DNA of 37,789 nt from Candidatus Babeliales bacterium. GTDB taxonomy: Bacteria > Babelota > Babeliae > Babelales > Vermiphilaceae. Made by a program: the position numbers and the translations under genes. Under the pieces are notes generated by a model. The model did not search any database, was not told where the DNA came from, and worked only from the letters and a program-made list of their open reading frames with translations. The stretch is taken from positions 1-37,789 of the forward strand of contig JBIOKB010000004.1 of NCBI GenBank assembly GCA_044451405.1, given 5' to 3'. Shown here in pieces: positions 1 through 9,150 of the stretch (the first letter of the stretch is position 1; every line of letters starts with the position of its first letter).

Positions 1-318
1 ATTGAGGTTGCCATCATCTCTAATTGGGATCCCGCATCATTTGCTCTGCTTAAAGCACATCTGCCTGAATTCTTTAATCTGTTTAATGAAAAGCATATGG
101 TGATTCCTCAGATGATTGGTAAAACAAAGCCATCAGCAGAGATCTATGAATACACGGTAAAAATTCTGGGCGTTGATCCCTTAGATTGCTTTTTTGTTGA
201 TGATAGCGCAATTAATGTTGCAGGGGCTCAACAATGTGGTATTAAAGCCGTACATCATAAAAATTGGCAGGATACAGAGCGAGAGTTGCTGCAAATAGGG
301 CTCATGCTTACTAAATAA
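1..318 (+). CDS. HAD-superfamily phosphatase, 3' part (5' truncated by window edge)
   Basis: Frame +1 is open from base 1 (IEVAIISNWD...); contains KP motif and FFVDDSAINVAGA (HAD motif IV). Confidence 0.85.
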   Translation: MEVAIISNWDPASFALLKAHLPEFFNLFNEKHMVIPQMIGKTKPSAEIYEYTVKILGVDPLDCFFVDDSAINVAGAQQCGIKAVHHKNWQDTERELLQIGLMLTK

Positions 319-337
319 GCGCTTATGCTCTACTCTT

Positions 338-357
338 TGGTGTGCACTGGCACACTA
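338..357 (-). repeat. Family-3 mini-hairpin (TAGTGYGC-N4-GCRCACCA)
   Basis: Reverse complement tagtgtgc-cagt-gcacacca. Confidence 0.65.
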
Positions 358-418
358 TTTTCCATTTTGCTATCCTCACACCAGTATTGTTTTTCCTCAT
401 AACAAAAAGGATTGTTCT

Positions 419-658
419 ATGAACCAACCATCAAGAAATGTAACATTGCTTACGCTGTTAGCTATTGCGCTTGCAACGTGTGCACCAACTATCTACGCAG
501 CAAATGAGTCTGCGCAAGTACAATCACAAGAAGCGCCAGTTACTATGACTAAATTGACAGGAGATCAAAAGAATATGGTGGCTCAAGTTGTAGGGGGAAC
601 TCTTATTGCGCTAGCAATAATAGTAGCAGCAATCGTAATTAAGAAACAATTGAAATAA
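419..658 (+). CDS. Small exported/membrane-anchored hypothetical protein
   Basis: Signal peptide, C-terminal hydrophobic helix plus KK; AAGGGA RBS; paralogue of 793..1092. Confidence 0.7.
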   Translation: MNQPSRNVTLLTLLAIALATCAPTIYAANESAQVQSQEAPVTMTKLTGDQKNMVAQVVGGTLIALAIIVAAIVIKKQLK

Positions 659-665
659 AATAATC

Positions 666-696
666 TAATCTGAGCCTGGGTATTCGCGCCAGGCTC
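666..696 (+). repeat. Degenerate copy of sufC 5' segment (1165-1194); hairpin, possible terminator
   Basis: taatctgagcctgggtattcgcgccaggctc vs taatctgagcctggatatagcaccaggctc; stem gagcctgg/ccaggctc. Confidence 0.7.
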
Positions 697-702
697 TGTG
701 TT

Positions 703-723
703 TGGTGTGCGTTAGGCACACTA
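703..723 (-). repeat. Family-3 mini-hairpin
   Basis: Reverse complement tagtgtgc-ctaac-gcacacca. Confidence 0.65.
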
Positions 724-792
724 TTTATTACTCTTTTCTCTATTTTTGGTATCCTTCCTAATAATATTTTCTTTAACCAGTAAGGAGTTTTT

Positions 793-1092
793 ATGCATAT
801 TCGATCAAAAAAAGTAGCAATGATGGCACTCGTAGCATTATCTCTTTCAGCTGGCGCGCCAATCATGTGTGCCGCTGATGAACCTGCTCAAGCACAGACC
901 CAAATTCCAGTAACTGATGAGCAAATCCGTAAAGATTGGCCTGAAGTTATGAGAATGATTAATCGAGTAAATGTTCAACTCGATGCACAAGAAGCTGCGC
1001 AGAGAAGAGCAATAGTTTTTCTTAAGGGTGTTGGAATATGTGCAGGAGTAGGGTTTGCAGGGCTCATACTTGCTGCATTGGCCGGCCGATAA
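793..1092 (+). CDS. Small exported/membrane-anchored hypothetical protein
   Basis: AAGGAG RBS, signal peptide, C-terminal TM; AADEPAQAQTQIPVT resembles AANESAQVQSQEAPVT of the upstream gene. Confidence 0.75.
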   Translation: MHIRSKKVAMMALVALSLSAGAPIMCAADEPAQAQTQIPVTDEQIRKDWPEVMRMINRVNVQLDAQEAAQRRAIVFLKGVGICAGVGFAGLILAALAGR

Positions 1093-1111
1093 ACTTTAAT
1101 AAACCTATTTC

Positions 1112-1876
1112 ATGCTCTCAATTAAAAACCTTACGGTAACGTTAGAAACTCATTCAATTATCAATAATCTGAGCCTGGATATAGCACCAGGCTCGTTGCA
1201 TGCATTAATGGGTCCTAACGGATCAGGAAAAAGTTCGTTGGCCCATGTGATTATGGGGCATCCACGGTATGCAGTGCAAGGGGCAATTTCTTATGCAGGC
1301 CAGGATATCACCACGTTATCTCCCGATAAGCGTGCGCAGTTGGGCATCTTTGTAGCTTTTCAACATCCGTATGAACTTCCCGGCGTTACCGTGTTTCAGT
1401 TTTTAAAAGAGGCGTATCAAGCACGAACTAATATCCAGACTGAAGTGAAACAATTTCAGGAACTTCTTAACCCCATACTTACGAGTGTTGGGTTGGATAC
1501 ATCGTGCGCACAGCGTTCTGTGAATGTTGGCTTTTCGGGCGGAGAAAAAAAGCGCCTTGAAATTGTGCAGATGTTGTTATTGCAACCATCGCTTATTATT
1601 CTTGATGAAATTGATTCGGGTCTTGATGTGGATGGGCTTGCACTAATTGCGCAAGCAATTAATAATACACGCAAGCAAAATCCCAATTTGAGTGCCATCG
1701 TCATCACCCACTATCAACGGCTCTTTACCTATCTACACCCTGATCATGTACATATTATGCATCAGGGATCTCTCATACACTCAGGTGATCAATCGCTGAT
1801 TCATGAACTCGAACTTACCGGCTATCAACCCTTTATTCAGCACGTAGGCGGATCATCACATGGATTATCAATTTAA
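1112..1876 (+). CDS. sufC: Fe-S cluster assembly ATPase SufC
   Basis: GPNGSGKS Walker A, FSGGEKKR, LDEIDSGLDVD, ITHYQR. Confidence 0.97.
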   Translation: MLSIKNLTVTLETHSIINNLSLDIAPGSLHALMGPNGSGKSSLAHVIMGHPRYAVQGAISYAGQDITTLSPDKRAQLGIFVAFQHPYELPGVTVFQFLKEAYQARTNIQTEVKQFQELLNPILTSVGLDTSCAQRSVNVGFSGGEKKRLEIVQMLLLQPSLIILDEIDSGLDVDGLALIAQAINNTRKQNPNLSAIVITHYQRLFTYLHPDHVHIMHQGSLIHSGDQSLIHELELTGYQPFIQHVGGSSHGLSI

Positions 1877-3203
1877 AACAGCACCGGGTCTTTCACGTGA
1901 TGTGGTTATCCAGATTTCGCAAGCCAAACAAGAACCAGGATGGATGACCGATTTTAGGTTGAAAGCGCTTGAGATTTTTGAGCGCATGCCCATGCCGACC
2001 TGGGGTGCCGATTTATCAGAACTTGATCACAATACCATTCATTATTACCTTAAGCCGCTTGAGAAAAAAGCCCAGACGTGGGAAGAGGTACCAAGTACAA
2101 TAAAAAATACGTTCACTGCATTGGGAATTCCCCAAGCAGAACAAAAATATTTAGCCGGTGTTGGTGCGCAATATGAATCAGAAGTGATTTATAAAAGTTT
2201 GCGCAAACGGTGGGCAGATAAAGGTGTTGTTTTTTGTGATATGAGTGAAGCAATAACCGCATATCCTGAGATCGTTAAAACCTATTTTGCAACCATCATT
2301 CCTGCACATGATAATAAATTTGCAGCACTTAATTCTGCAGTCTGGAGTGGTGGCTCATTTGTCTATGTCCCTGCAGGCGTATGCATAGAAGAGCCGTTAC
2401 AAGCTTATTTTAGAATTAATGCAGCACGCATGGGGCAGTTTGAGCGTACCTTAATTATCGCTGAACCAGGAAGTTCCATACACTATGTGGAAGGCTGTAG
2501 CGCGCCACTCTATCAAAGCCATTCATTGCATAGTGCGGTTGTTGAATTGGTAGCGCTCAAAGATGCACACATTCGTTATACCACTATTCAAAACTGGTCA
2601 TCCAACGTATACAATTTGGTCACTAAACGTGCCGTAGCGTATGAAAATGCGCGCGTTGAGTGGGTTGATGGTAATTTTGGGAGCAAAGTTACCATGAAAT
2701 ATCCGTGCATTATTTTAAAAGAGCCGCGCGCACAAGGGCAGATCATTTCTATTGCCGTAGCACGCAAGGGTCAGTATCAAGATGCCGGAGGAAAAATTAT
2801 TCATTGTGCTCCCGATACCAGATCAAACATTGTATCAAAATCAATAAGCAGTGAAGGTGGGCGTTCCAGTTATCGCGGATTATTAAAAGTTACCAAGCAA
2901 GCACGTGGTTCAAAAGCTACCGTAAAATGTGATGCACTTCTGCTGGATGCTGCATCACGGTCTGATACCTATCCAACCATTGATATTGCACATGATCAAG
3001 TAGATGTTGGCCATGAGGCATCGGTGAGTACCATTAATGATGCGCAAGTGTTTTATTTAATGAGTCGGGGATTGAGCGAAAGTAAAGCGCGCGCGCTTAT
3101 TGTGAACGGTTTTATTGATGCGTTTGTGCAAGAGTTGCCGATGGAATATGCGGTTGAAATTAATCGCCTGATTGCGCTCGATATGGAAGGTTCTATAGGA
3201 TGA
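1860..3203 (+). CDS. sufB: Fe-S cluster assembly protein SufB
   Basis: GVGAQYESEV, FAALNSAVWSGGSF, GQFERTLI, LPMEYAVE, MEGSIG. Confidence 0.98.
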   Translation: MDYQFKTAPGLSRDVVIQISQAKQEPGWMTDFRLKALEIFERMPMPTWGADLSELDHNTIHYYLKPLEKKAQTWEEVPSTIKNTFTALGIPQAEQKYLAGVGAQYESEVIYKSLRKRWADKGVVFCDMSEAITAYPEIVKTYFATIIPAHDNKFAALNSAVWSGGSFVYVPAGVCIEEPLQAYFRINAARMGQFERTLIIAEPGSSIHYVEGCSAPLYQSHSLHSAVVELVALKDAHIRYTTIQNWSSNVYNLVTKRAVAYENARVEWVDGNFGSKVTMKYPCIILKEPRAQGQIISIAVARKGQYQDAGGKIIHCAPDTRSNIVSKSISSEGGRSSYRGLLKVTKQARGSKATVKCDALLLDAASRSDTYPTIDIAHDQVDVGHEASVSTINDAQVFYLMSRGLSESKARALIVNGFIDAFVQELPMEYAVEINRLIALDMEGSIG

Positions 3204-3991
3204 GTGCGCCTATTCAACTTCCCTATGCTCAATTTATGCAACACTACTCTCACATTGCTGAGCATTATGATCTTACATCTGCTACACAGATTTTATATGT
3301 GCCGCCACATACGGTAGTACATGAACCAATACATCTACATGCACATGAACAGCTGTGTATTATTGCTGATGAGTATGCGCAGGTGTGTATCATCTCTGAT
3401 CAAACGAATATACAAAATCCCATTTGGGGTGCCGTTCGCCTCTACGCACATCACAATGCCTCAATCACCTACACAGTTGCATATGTTGGTAGTGGTGAAC
3501 ACTCCATAGAATTATTTTTGCTTGGCCGGGGTGCCTCCATAACATGCAACGGCCTGTACGGTATAACTGATACACAGCGTTGCATAATAACCACCAAGCA
3601 AGAGCACACGGTTCCTGGTGCTACCAGCTCCGTGCTGATAAAAGGAGTTGTAGGCGGACATGCAGTGGCTGAATATACCGGGATGATTACCATTGCTGAA
3701 CCGGCAACCCAATCAGATGCAACCCAGCAGGCAGCAACCTTGATTTTAAGCCCCCATGCACGGGCTCGGTCCGTACCCAGTTTGCAGGTTTTAACTAATG
3801 ATGTACGCTGTAAACATGGCAGTGCGGTAGGCCAGTTAGATCCCGATCTTCTGTTTTATGCCCAGGCGCGAGGAATATCCCACGAGCAATCTAAGCGCAT
3901 GCTGCTACATGGATTTCTTGCACAAGCAGCTGTACATATACCAGCTGAGCTCGCACCAACCATACTTGAGCGTATTCTAAACATAGTTTAA
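3200..3991 (+). CDS. sufD: SufD-family protein (short)
   Basis: PSLQVLTNDVRCKHGSAVG, LFYAQARGI; ATGA overlap with sufB. Confidence 0.9.
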   Translation: MSAPIQLPYAQFMQHYSHIAEHYDLTSATQILYVPPHTVVHEPIHLHAHEQLCIIADEYAQVCIISDQTNIQNPIWGAVRLYAHHNASITYTVAYVGSGEHSIELFLLGRGASITCNGLYGITDTQRCIITTKQEHTVPGATSSVLIKGVVGGHAVAEYTGMITIAEPATQSDATQQAATLILSPHARARSVPSLQVLTNDVRCKHGSAVGQLDPDLLFYAQARGISHEQSKRMLLHGFLAQAAVHIPAELAPTILERILNIV

Positions 3992-4014
3992 ACAGTTTTT
4001 AAGTTAGCCCAACG

Positions 4015-4074
4015 CAGCCAGACGTAGCTTAACACTGCCTGAGGTTTAACTTCGATAGAAAGAGCGGAGACTGG
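4015..4074 (+). repeat. Family-1 modular palindromic element, cargo B
   Basis: ccagacGTAgctt-aacactgcctgaggtttaacttcgatagaaa-gagcGGAgactgg; near-identical to the reverse complement of 31286-31346. Confidence 0.9.
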
Positions 4075-5279
4075 TGGACCACCTACGTAACGATTTTCCA
4101 CTATTCAAATTTGATAAATCGCTTATCTATTTTGATAACGCGGCTACTACTCAAAAACCACAGATTGTTATTGATGCCCTCGTTGATGTGTATGCGCGGC
4201 ATAATGCAAATGTGGGCCGTGGTGTGTATGCGTTAAGTGAACAGGCAACAAAAGCCTACGAAAATGCACGTGCAATCGTAGCAGCTTTTATTGGTGCTCA
4301 TGCCCATGAGATTGTATTTACCCGTAATACGACGGAAAGCATCAACCTCGTAGCATGTACGTGGGCGCGGCATAATCTTGGTGCTGATGATGAAATTCTT
4401 ATTACCGAATTAGAACATCATTCAAATATACTACCGTGGCAATTGATCGCACGCGCAGCAGGAGCGCGCTTAGTGGTGCTTCCGGTAACCGATCAAGGCC
4501 AATTGCGCTTAGATCTGCTTGATACCTTAGTTACTCCAAAAACAAAATTAATAGCCATTACGCATGTTTCTAATGCGTTGGGTTCTCATACTGATGTTGC
4601 CCGGATTAAACAGGCAGCGGCACGCGTGGGAGCACGGATGCTTATTGATGCCGCTCAATCAATAGCGCACCAACAGATTTCAGTTGTTGATCTTGGCTGT
4701 GATTTTTTAGCATTTTCAGGCCATAAACTTTTAGGGCCGACTGGTATAGGGGTTCTCTATATTAATGAGAAGCTCCATGATGGGTTTCCTCCCTATCAAG
4801 TAGGAGGCGGCATGATTTATGAAGCTGATTTTACCCACGCAACGTTTTTACCGCTCCCTCATCGTCTTGAAGCAGGTACCCCATCTATCGCCCAAGCAAT
4901 AGCCTTAGGGGTGGCGATCACCTATATCAAAGACCATATTGATTTTACCCACTTGCGTGCCCATGAAGCGGCGTTATGCACCCAACTTATTGAAGGGCTT
5001 CAAAATCTTGCCGGGGTAACTATCCTCGGTCCCGTGGAAGAACTTAAAGAACGGGGGCATTTGGTAAGTTTTTCTGTTGCCGGGATTCATCCCCATGATG
5101 TTGCTGCGTACCTTGATACTAAGGGTATCTGTGTACGGGCAGGGCACCATTGCGCCCAACCTCTGGCTAAACGGTTAGGGTTAGATGCCTCGGTACGGGT
5201 GAGTTTTTATGCCTATAATACTCCTGGGGAAGTTCAGAAGCTTTTAGAGGCCTTGGAAGGGCTGTTGCGCTCCTCTTAG
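4074..5279 (+). CDS. sufS: Cysteine desulfurase SufS
   Basis: YFDNAATTQKP, FSGHK (PLP lysine), RAGHHCAQP catalytic Cys; GTG start. Confidence 0.97.
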   Translation: MDHLRNDFPLFKFDKSLIYFDNAATTQKPQIVIDALVDVYARHNANVGRGVYALSEQATKAYENARAIVAAFIGAHAHEIVFTRNTTESINLVACTWARHNLGADDEILITELEHHSNILPWQLIARAAGARLVVLPVTDQGQLRLDLLDTLVTPKTKLIAITHVSNALGSHTDVARIKQAAARVGARMLIDAAQSIAHQQISVVDLGCDFLAFSGHKLLGPTGIGVLYINEKLHDGFPPYQVGGGMIYEADFTHATFLPLPHRLEAGTPSIAQAIALGVAITYIKDHIDFTHLRAHEAALCTQLIEGLQNLAGVTILGPVEELKERGHLVSFSVAGIHPHDVAAYLDTKGICVRAGHHCAQPLAKRLGLDASVRVSFYAYNTPGEVQKLLEALEGLLRSS

Positions 5280-5337
5280 GAGAAGCTACACTGATAGTAT
5301 GAGGTTATAGAGGTTATTATCAAAATGGAGTATTTCT

Positions 5338-6462
5338 ATGGTTATCTCACGTTTACTTAATCTAGCCATATTACTTGGTTCCCTTCTGGGGGCAGTACCT
5401 ACCTATGCTATGGGTGGCAGACTTGCCTATGCGCCTAAAAGTCGCCTTGCAGCGCTTGCCTTAGGTTCAGGGGGACTATGGAGCTATTTTTCAGGTAAGC
5501 AGAAACAGCAACAATCACAGTTTTCTAGATTCCCTGCATCTGTTACATCTCCCTATGCTCATCTTGATTTAAACCCGCGTGGGTTATTCCACTCGCTTCC
5601 TAAACCAAAAGTAGTGCCTCTGAGTATACCGGCACCAGCAATAGATGAGGGCGCCCCATTATTTGATGTGTTGTCTTTGACGCTAATGCCAGCAATGGCA
5701 GCATGGGGTAGTTATGATGCTACACCTGTATGTATATACGAAAAAATTAGGCGATATGACAGCTTTCTTGCAAGCAAAAAAGATAATAATGCACCACGAT
5801 TTACAAAAGAAGAGATAAAACAATTGACCGTAGATGTACCCGAACCAGAGGTAGAAAAAATTGCGGAACAAAATGCAATACAAACTGGGGTAAGAGCTGC
5901 GACAATAGGAGCATTATCAGTTGGGCTTTCTAAAGGTATTGAGTTTGCTACGGGAGTCGATACGGAATCAGTAGAAGAAATAGGGGAATTTGTAACAACT
6001 ACGATGGAAAAAGATTCGCTTAGTGATGATGAGAGAAAAGAATTTAATATGCCATCAACAGTGAAGCTTGTATTTAAACTTGGATTAGTATGGCTTGCCT
6101 TTCAAGGTCTTAAAAAATTATTTACGTATACAACTGGCTATCAATGCCAGTGTCCAGCATTGCCATCATCAATAGTAGGTACTGGTAAGTTTTCAAAAGT
6201 TTTAAAAAGCTTCATAGAAGGTGCAACACGAATGTCTGTTAAAGCAGCAATAGCATCAAGTGTGGTGATGCCATTATTAAGTATGAAAGAAACTAATACG
6301 GCACCTGTTTCAGATGTGCGTATAGAGAGCATGCTACATAAGAAACTTGAAGACAAGTCTATCAAGGAAAAAGATCGCAATGAACTATTGAAACAGTTTA
6401 GAGAATTTAAGAAACAGCAAGACAAGGAAAAAGAAGAAGTAGAGATGGCAGTTCCTGCATAA
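5338..6462 (+). CDS. Hypothetical exported/membrane protein
   Basis: 374 aa ORF, GGAG RBS, signal peptide, terminator downstream. Confidence 0.8.
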   Translation: MVISRLLNLAILLGSLLGAVPTYAMGGRLAYAPKSRLAALALGSGGLWSYFSGKQKQQQSQFSRFPASVTSPYAHLDLNPRGLFHSLPKPKVVPLSIPAPAIDEGAPLFDVLSLTLMPAMAAWGSYDATPVCIYEKIRRYDSFLASKKDNNAPRFTKEEIKQLTVDVPEPEVEKIAEQNAIQTGVRAATIGALSVGLSKGIEFATGVDTESVEEIGEFVTTTMEKDSLSDDERKEFNMPSTVKLVFKLGLVWLAFQGLKKLFTYTTGYQCQCPALPSSIVGTGKFSKVLKSFIEGATRMSVKAAIASSVVMPLLSMKETNTAPVSDVRIESMLHKKLEDKSIKEKDRNELLKQFREFKKQQDKEKEEVEMAVPA

Positions 6463-6484
6463 AACCAAAACTATGCAAATATCC

Positions 6485-6511
6485 AATAGGCGGCTACGGC
6501 CGCCTATTTTT
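6485..6511 (+). terminator. Rho-independent terminator
   Basis: aataggcggc-tacg-gccgcctatt followed by T run. Confidence 0.85.
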
Positions 6512-6572
6512 ATACAAAAAAAATTAGCTCCTATATACTTGGCTTTATTTCTAAAGCTTTTGCACATCTGAG

Positions 6573-7430
6573 GTGATCATGAACACGCGTGATCTTTTAT
6601 TATTAATTTTCTTAAGTATTACTGTAACTTTCCCCTGCTGTGCAGATAGTTCTGCGATGTCACCTGATACTCAAGCAGCTATTAATTCCGTTGAGCACAT
6701 GATTAAGCAATCAGAAGATACGCAAGAAGATGATAGCGATCTCGTTGGCGTGACGCTGGAGGGAACACTACAGGCTGCAGTTATAAATGGGTTAAAATAT
6801 GCTACAGGATATTATTTGTTAGATGCGAGTATGAAACGAACATCCCGGAAGCTAGTAAGAATTGATCGTAAGTTAGAATGGCGTATTAATTGTGCTTTAC
6901 TTAGGCCGTTACGTGATTTTGAAAAAAAAAGAATCAAAGCATTATCAAGTGATCGTGATATTGAACACGGTATTATTATTCTGGAAGCATTAAAACCCAC
7001 GAAATATAACATACATCTTTTTAGCGCCCTGGCTGCCCAATATGCGGGAGCAACACTTGCATACGGTGCTCTTCGCGCAGCTACTAAAGAACTAACCGAT
7101 TGTGATGCAGCACCGATTGTGCAAGATTCTCTCGAGGCGATAACAAGACAAACTATTGGTTACTATGTAGCACCAGCATCACCAAACATTAAACTATTTT
7201 CTCAGAATCAGATTGCTTCTTACGTAGCAACAGATTTAACGGTTGCTGCCAGTATGTATGCGTATAAAGAAATGACGGGCAAGAAATTAAGTTGTCCAAA
7301 ACTTCCTATCCCTGCTGCATTGCGCGGTACCTATATCAATGAAAAAAATATAGGAACTGGTATCTATTATGGCACCAAATATATCCTGCGTACATTAGTT
7401 ATGGACAAACTTTGTGGCGTACCGGCGTAA
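6573..7430 (+). CDS. Hypothetical exported protein (start may be ATG 6579)
   Basis: 285 aa ORF, GAGGT RBS, signal peptide; C-terminus resembles that of 5338..6462. Confidence 0.8.
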   Translation: MIMNTRDLLLLIFLSITVTFPCCADSSAMSPDTQAAINSVEHMIKQSEDTQEDDSDLVGVTLEGTLQAAVINGLKYATGYYLLDASMKRTSRKLVRIDRKLEWRINCALLRPLRDFEKKRIKALSSDRDIEHGIIILEALKPTKYNIHLFSALAAQYAGATLAYGALRAATKELTDCDAAPIVQDSLEAITRQTIGYYVAPASPNIKLFSQNQIASYVATDLTVAASMYAYKEMTGKKLSCPKLPIPAALRGTYINEKNIGTGIYYGTKYILRTLVMDKLCGVPA

Positions 7431-7432
7431 CG

Positions 7433-8071
7433 TTAAGCCACCTTCTTATTACTATACAACACATACACAATTAGTGAGCTGATGAGTGCTGCAAAAAAGC
7501 ACCAGATAGAAGCAACATGGGATGTTTCCCATGCATGGCTGCCAATAAAGCTTATGAGTGTACCAATACCAAATAATCGCATGTGCCGCGTTGTGGCAAT
7601 ACATGGTGGTACGGTGATGGTAATCAGATACCAGAATTGTAAAAAGCTATACGGTGTGTGTTCTGGGGTATCAACGGTATAGGCAATATGTTGCGTGACG
7701 TGTGCATGAACAGGATAAAGAGCTAATGCTATGTATGCGACACTTGTGTACACAACTCCCATCCCTATAAAAAGATACATATCATGTGCACGTTTCCTGC
7801 TTTTTTCCATGAGCCATACGGCAACCGGTATGATGGTTGACCAGGATGATGCGATTATTAAAAACACGTAAGGAGCAGCGGTAGCCCACCAGTTAGTAGG
7901 GTTAGTGTGCGTTGTCCATATGATGCCTTCCATGGTTTGTTGTACAGCAAAAAGAACGGGTATTAAAGCAAGAAGCCGCTGATTGTTGGTACGTGTTTGT
8001 GAAAGTGCAGCAATACCCATACCGGTTAAAAAAAGTGCAGAACCAAAACTTGCGTGTGCAGAAAAACACAT
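7433..8071 (-). CDS. Multi-pass membrane protein, DUF6629-like
   Basis: MCFSAHASF N-terminus, PVLFAVQQ..EG..W, SIWCFFAA. Confidence 0.8.
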   Translation of the reverse strand: MCFSAHASFGSALFLTGMGIAALSQTRTNNQRLLALIPVLFAVQQTMEGIIWTTHTNPTNWWATAAPYVFLIIASSWSTIIPVAVWLMEKSRKRAHDMYLFIGMGVVYTSVAYIALALYPVHAHVTQHIAYTVDTPEHTPYSFLQFWYLITITVPPCIATTRHMRLFGIGTLISFIGSHAWETSHVASIWCFFAALISSLIVYVLYSNKKVA

Positions 8072-8085
8072 GGAATTATTCCCCC

Positions 8086-8133
8086 TGTCCTTCGTAGCTT
8101 GCCGAGCTGATTGCCCGGATAAGCGTAGTAGGA
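8086..8133 (+). repeat. Family-1 modular element, cargo A
   Basis: tgtccttcGTAgctt-gccgagctgattgcccggat-aagcGTAgtagga. Confidence 0.9.
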
Positions 8134-8294
8134 TCCGTTAGATAACCATTCTGTTATTAATGTACAGATGCGCATATCCAAAAGACAAGAGTATTGTGTG
8201 TTAAACACGGTACAGTAACATCTATTTTTTATTGTGATAAATGGGGTAGAGTAAAAATGTAGATCAGTAATAAGCTGTTATCAAATGAGTTTGA

Positions 8295-8346
8295 TCCAGC
8301 CTACGCTTATCCGGGTTGTCAGACTCGGCAAGCTACGGCGGACAAG
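8295..8346 (-). repeat. Family-1 modular element, cargo A
   Basis: Reverse complement tgtccgccGTAgctt-gccgagtctgacaacccggat-aagcGTAggctgga. Confidence 0.9.
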
Positions 8347-8359
8347 AAGGGGGATAGCT

Positions 8360-9133
8360 ATGACGCGTCAGTTACGTATATTTTTTGTGGGTATTATGTG
8401 TATAGGGCTTATGACATCATCCATACGGGCAGGTGGGACAGAAGATATCATGAGTCGTTCTCCTGTAATTGCGATATTAGTCGCAGTATGTGCAGCAATG
8501 GGATATTATATCTACGGTTATATCAAAGGTCATGATACCGTTTCAATCAAGCTTGCTACTGTTGAAGGTGGCGTTCAAAAAGTAAATGCAGATCTTGGAG
8601 CATTTAAAAAAGAAACAGAAAGCAATTTTAATGCGGTACTCGGTGGACAAGTTGCTTTGGTAAAAGGCCAGGAGGGATTACAGGAAAAAGTAGCTCAAGT
8701 TGATGATAAAGTAACTGCAGCACAGAGAGAAATTGAGGGACTTCGTAAACTTACAACTGAGATTAAAACAGATACTACTGATATAAAAAAACGTGCACAT
8801 GAAATACACATTAAATTGCTTGAAATTAATAGTAGATTGGATATCCAAACAGGTGAAATCTCTTCAATGAAAACAATTCTCGAGTCAGTTGCCACCAAGT
8901 ACGATGTTGAAAAACTCCAAGAATCAGTGGATGGATTAAAATCTGAAGTATCTGGAATGCGAAAGGTTATTCTCACTCAAGGTCATATGTCACAGATTAA
9001 ACAAGTGGTGGGACAGGCGATAGATGATAGAATTGATCGTGCACGTGCTGGATATACTAAGCAATTGGAGGATGCACTTGAACCACATAAAACGGCACCA
9101 CGCCAAATGTTAAAACAGACTGCAACTGCATGA
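8360..9133 (+). CDS. Signal peptide + TM + coiled-coil hypothetical protein
   Basis: ATG 8360 follows AAGGGGGA; the ORF-track start at 8285 translates the repeat; heptad-rich body. Confidence 0.8.
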   Translation: MTRQLRIFFVGIMCIGLMTSSIRAGGTEDIMSRSPVIAILVAVCAAMGYYIYGYIKGHDTVSIKLATVEGGVQKVNADLGAFKKETESNFNAVLGGQVALVKGQEGLQEKVAQVDDKVTAAQREIEGLRKLTTEIKTDTTDIKKRAHEIHIKLLEINSRLDIQTGEISSMKTILESVATKYDVEKLQESVDGLKSEVSGMRKVILTQGHMSQIKQVVGQAIDDRIDRARAGYTKQLEDALEPHKTAPRQMLKQTATA

Positions 9134-9150
9134 AGCAATGAAAGGATCTA

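Noticed and set aside
8285-8359. N-terminal extension of the 8285 ORF
   Set aside because: It is a translation of the repeat; the RBS and signal peptide point to ATG 8360
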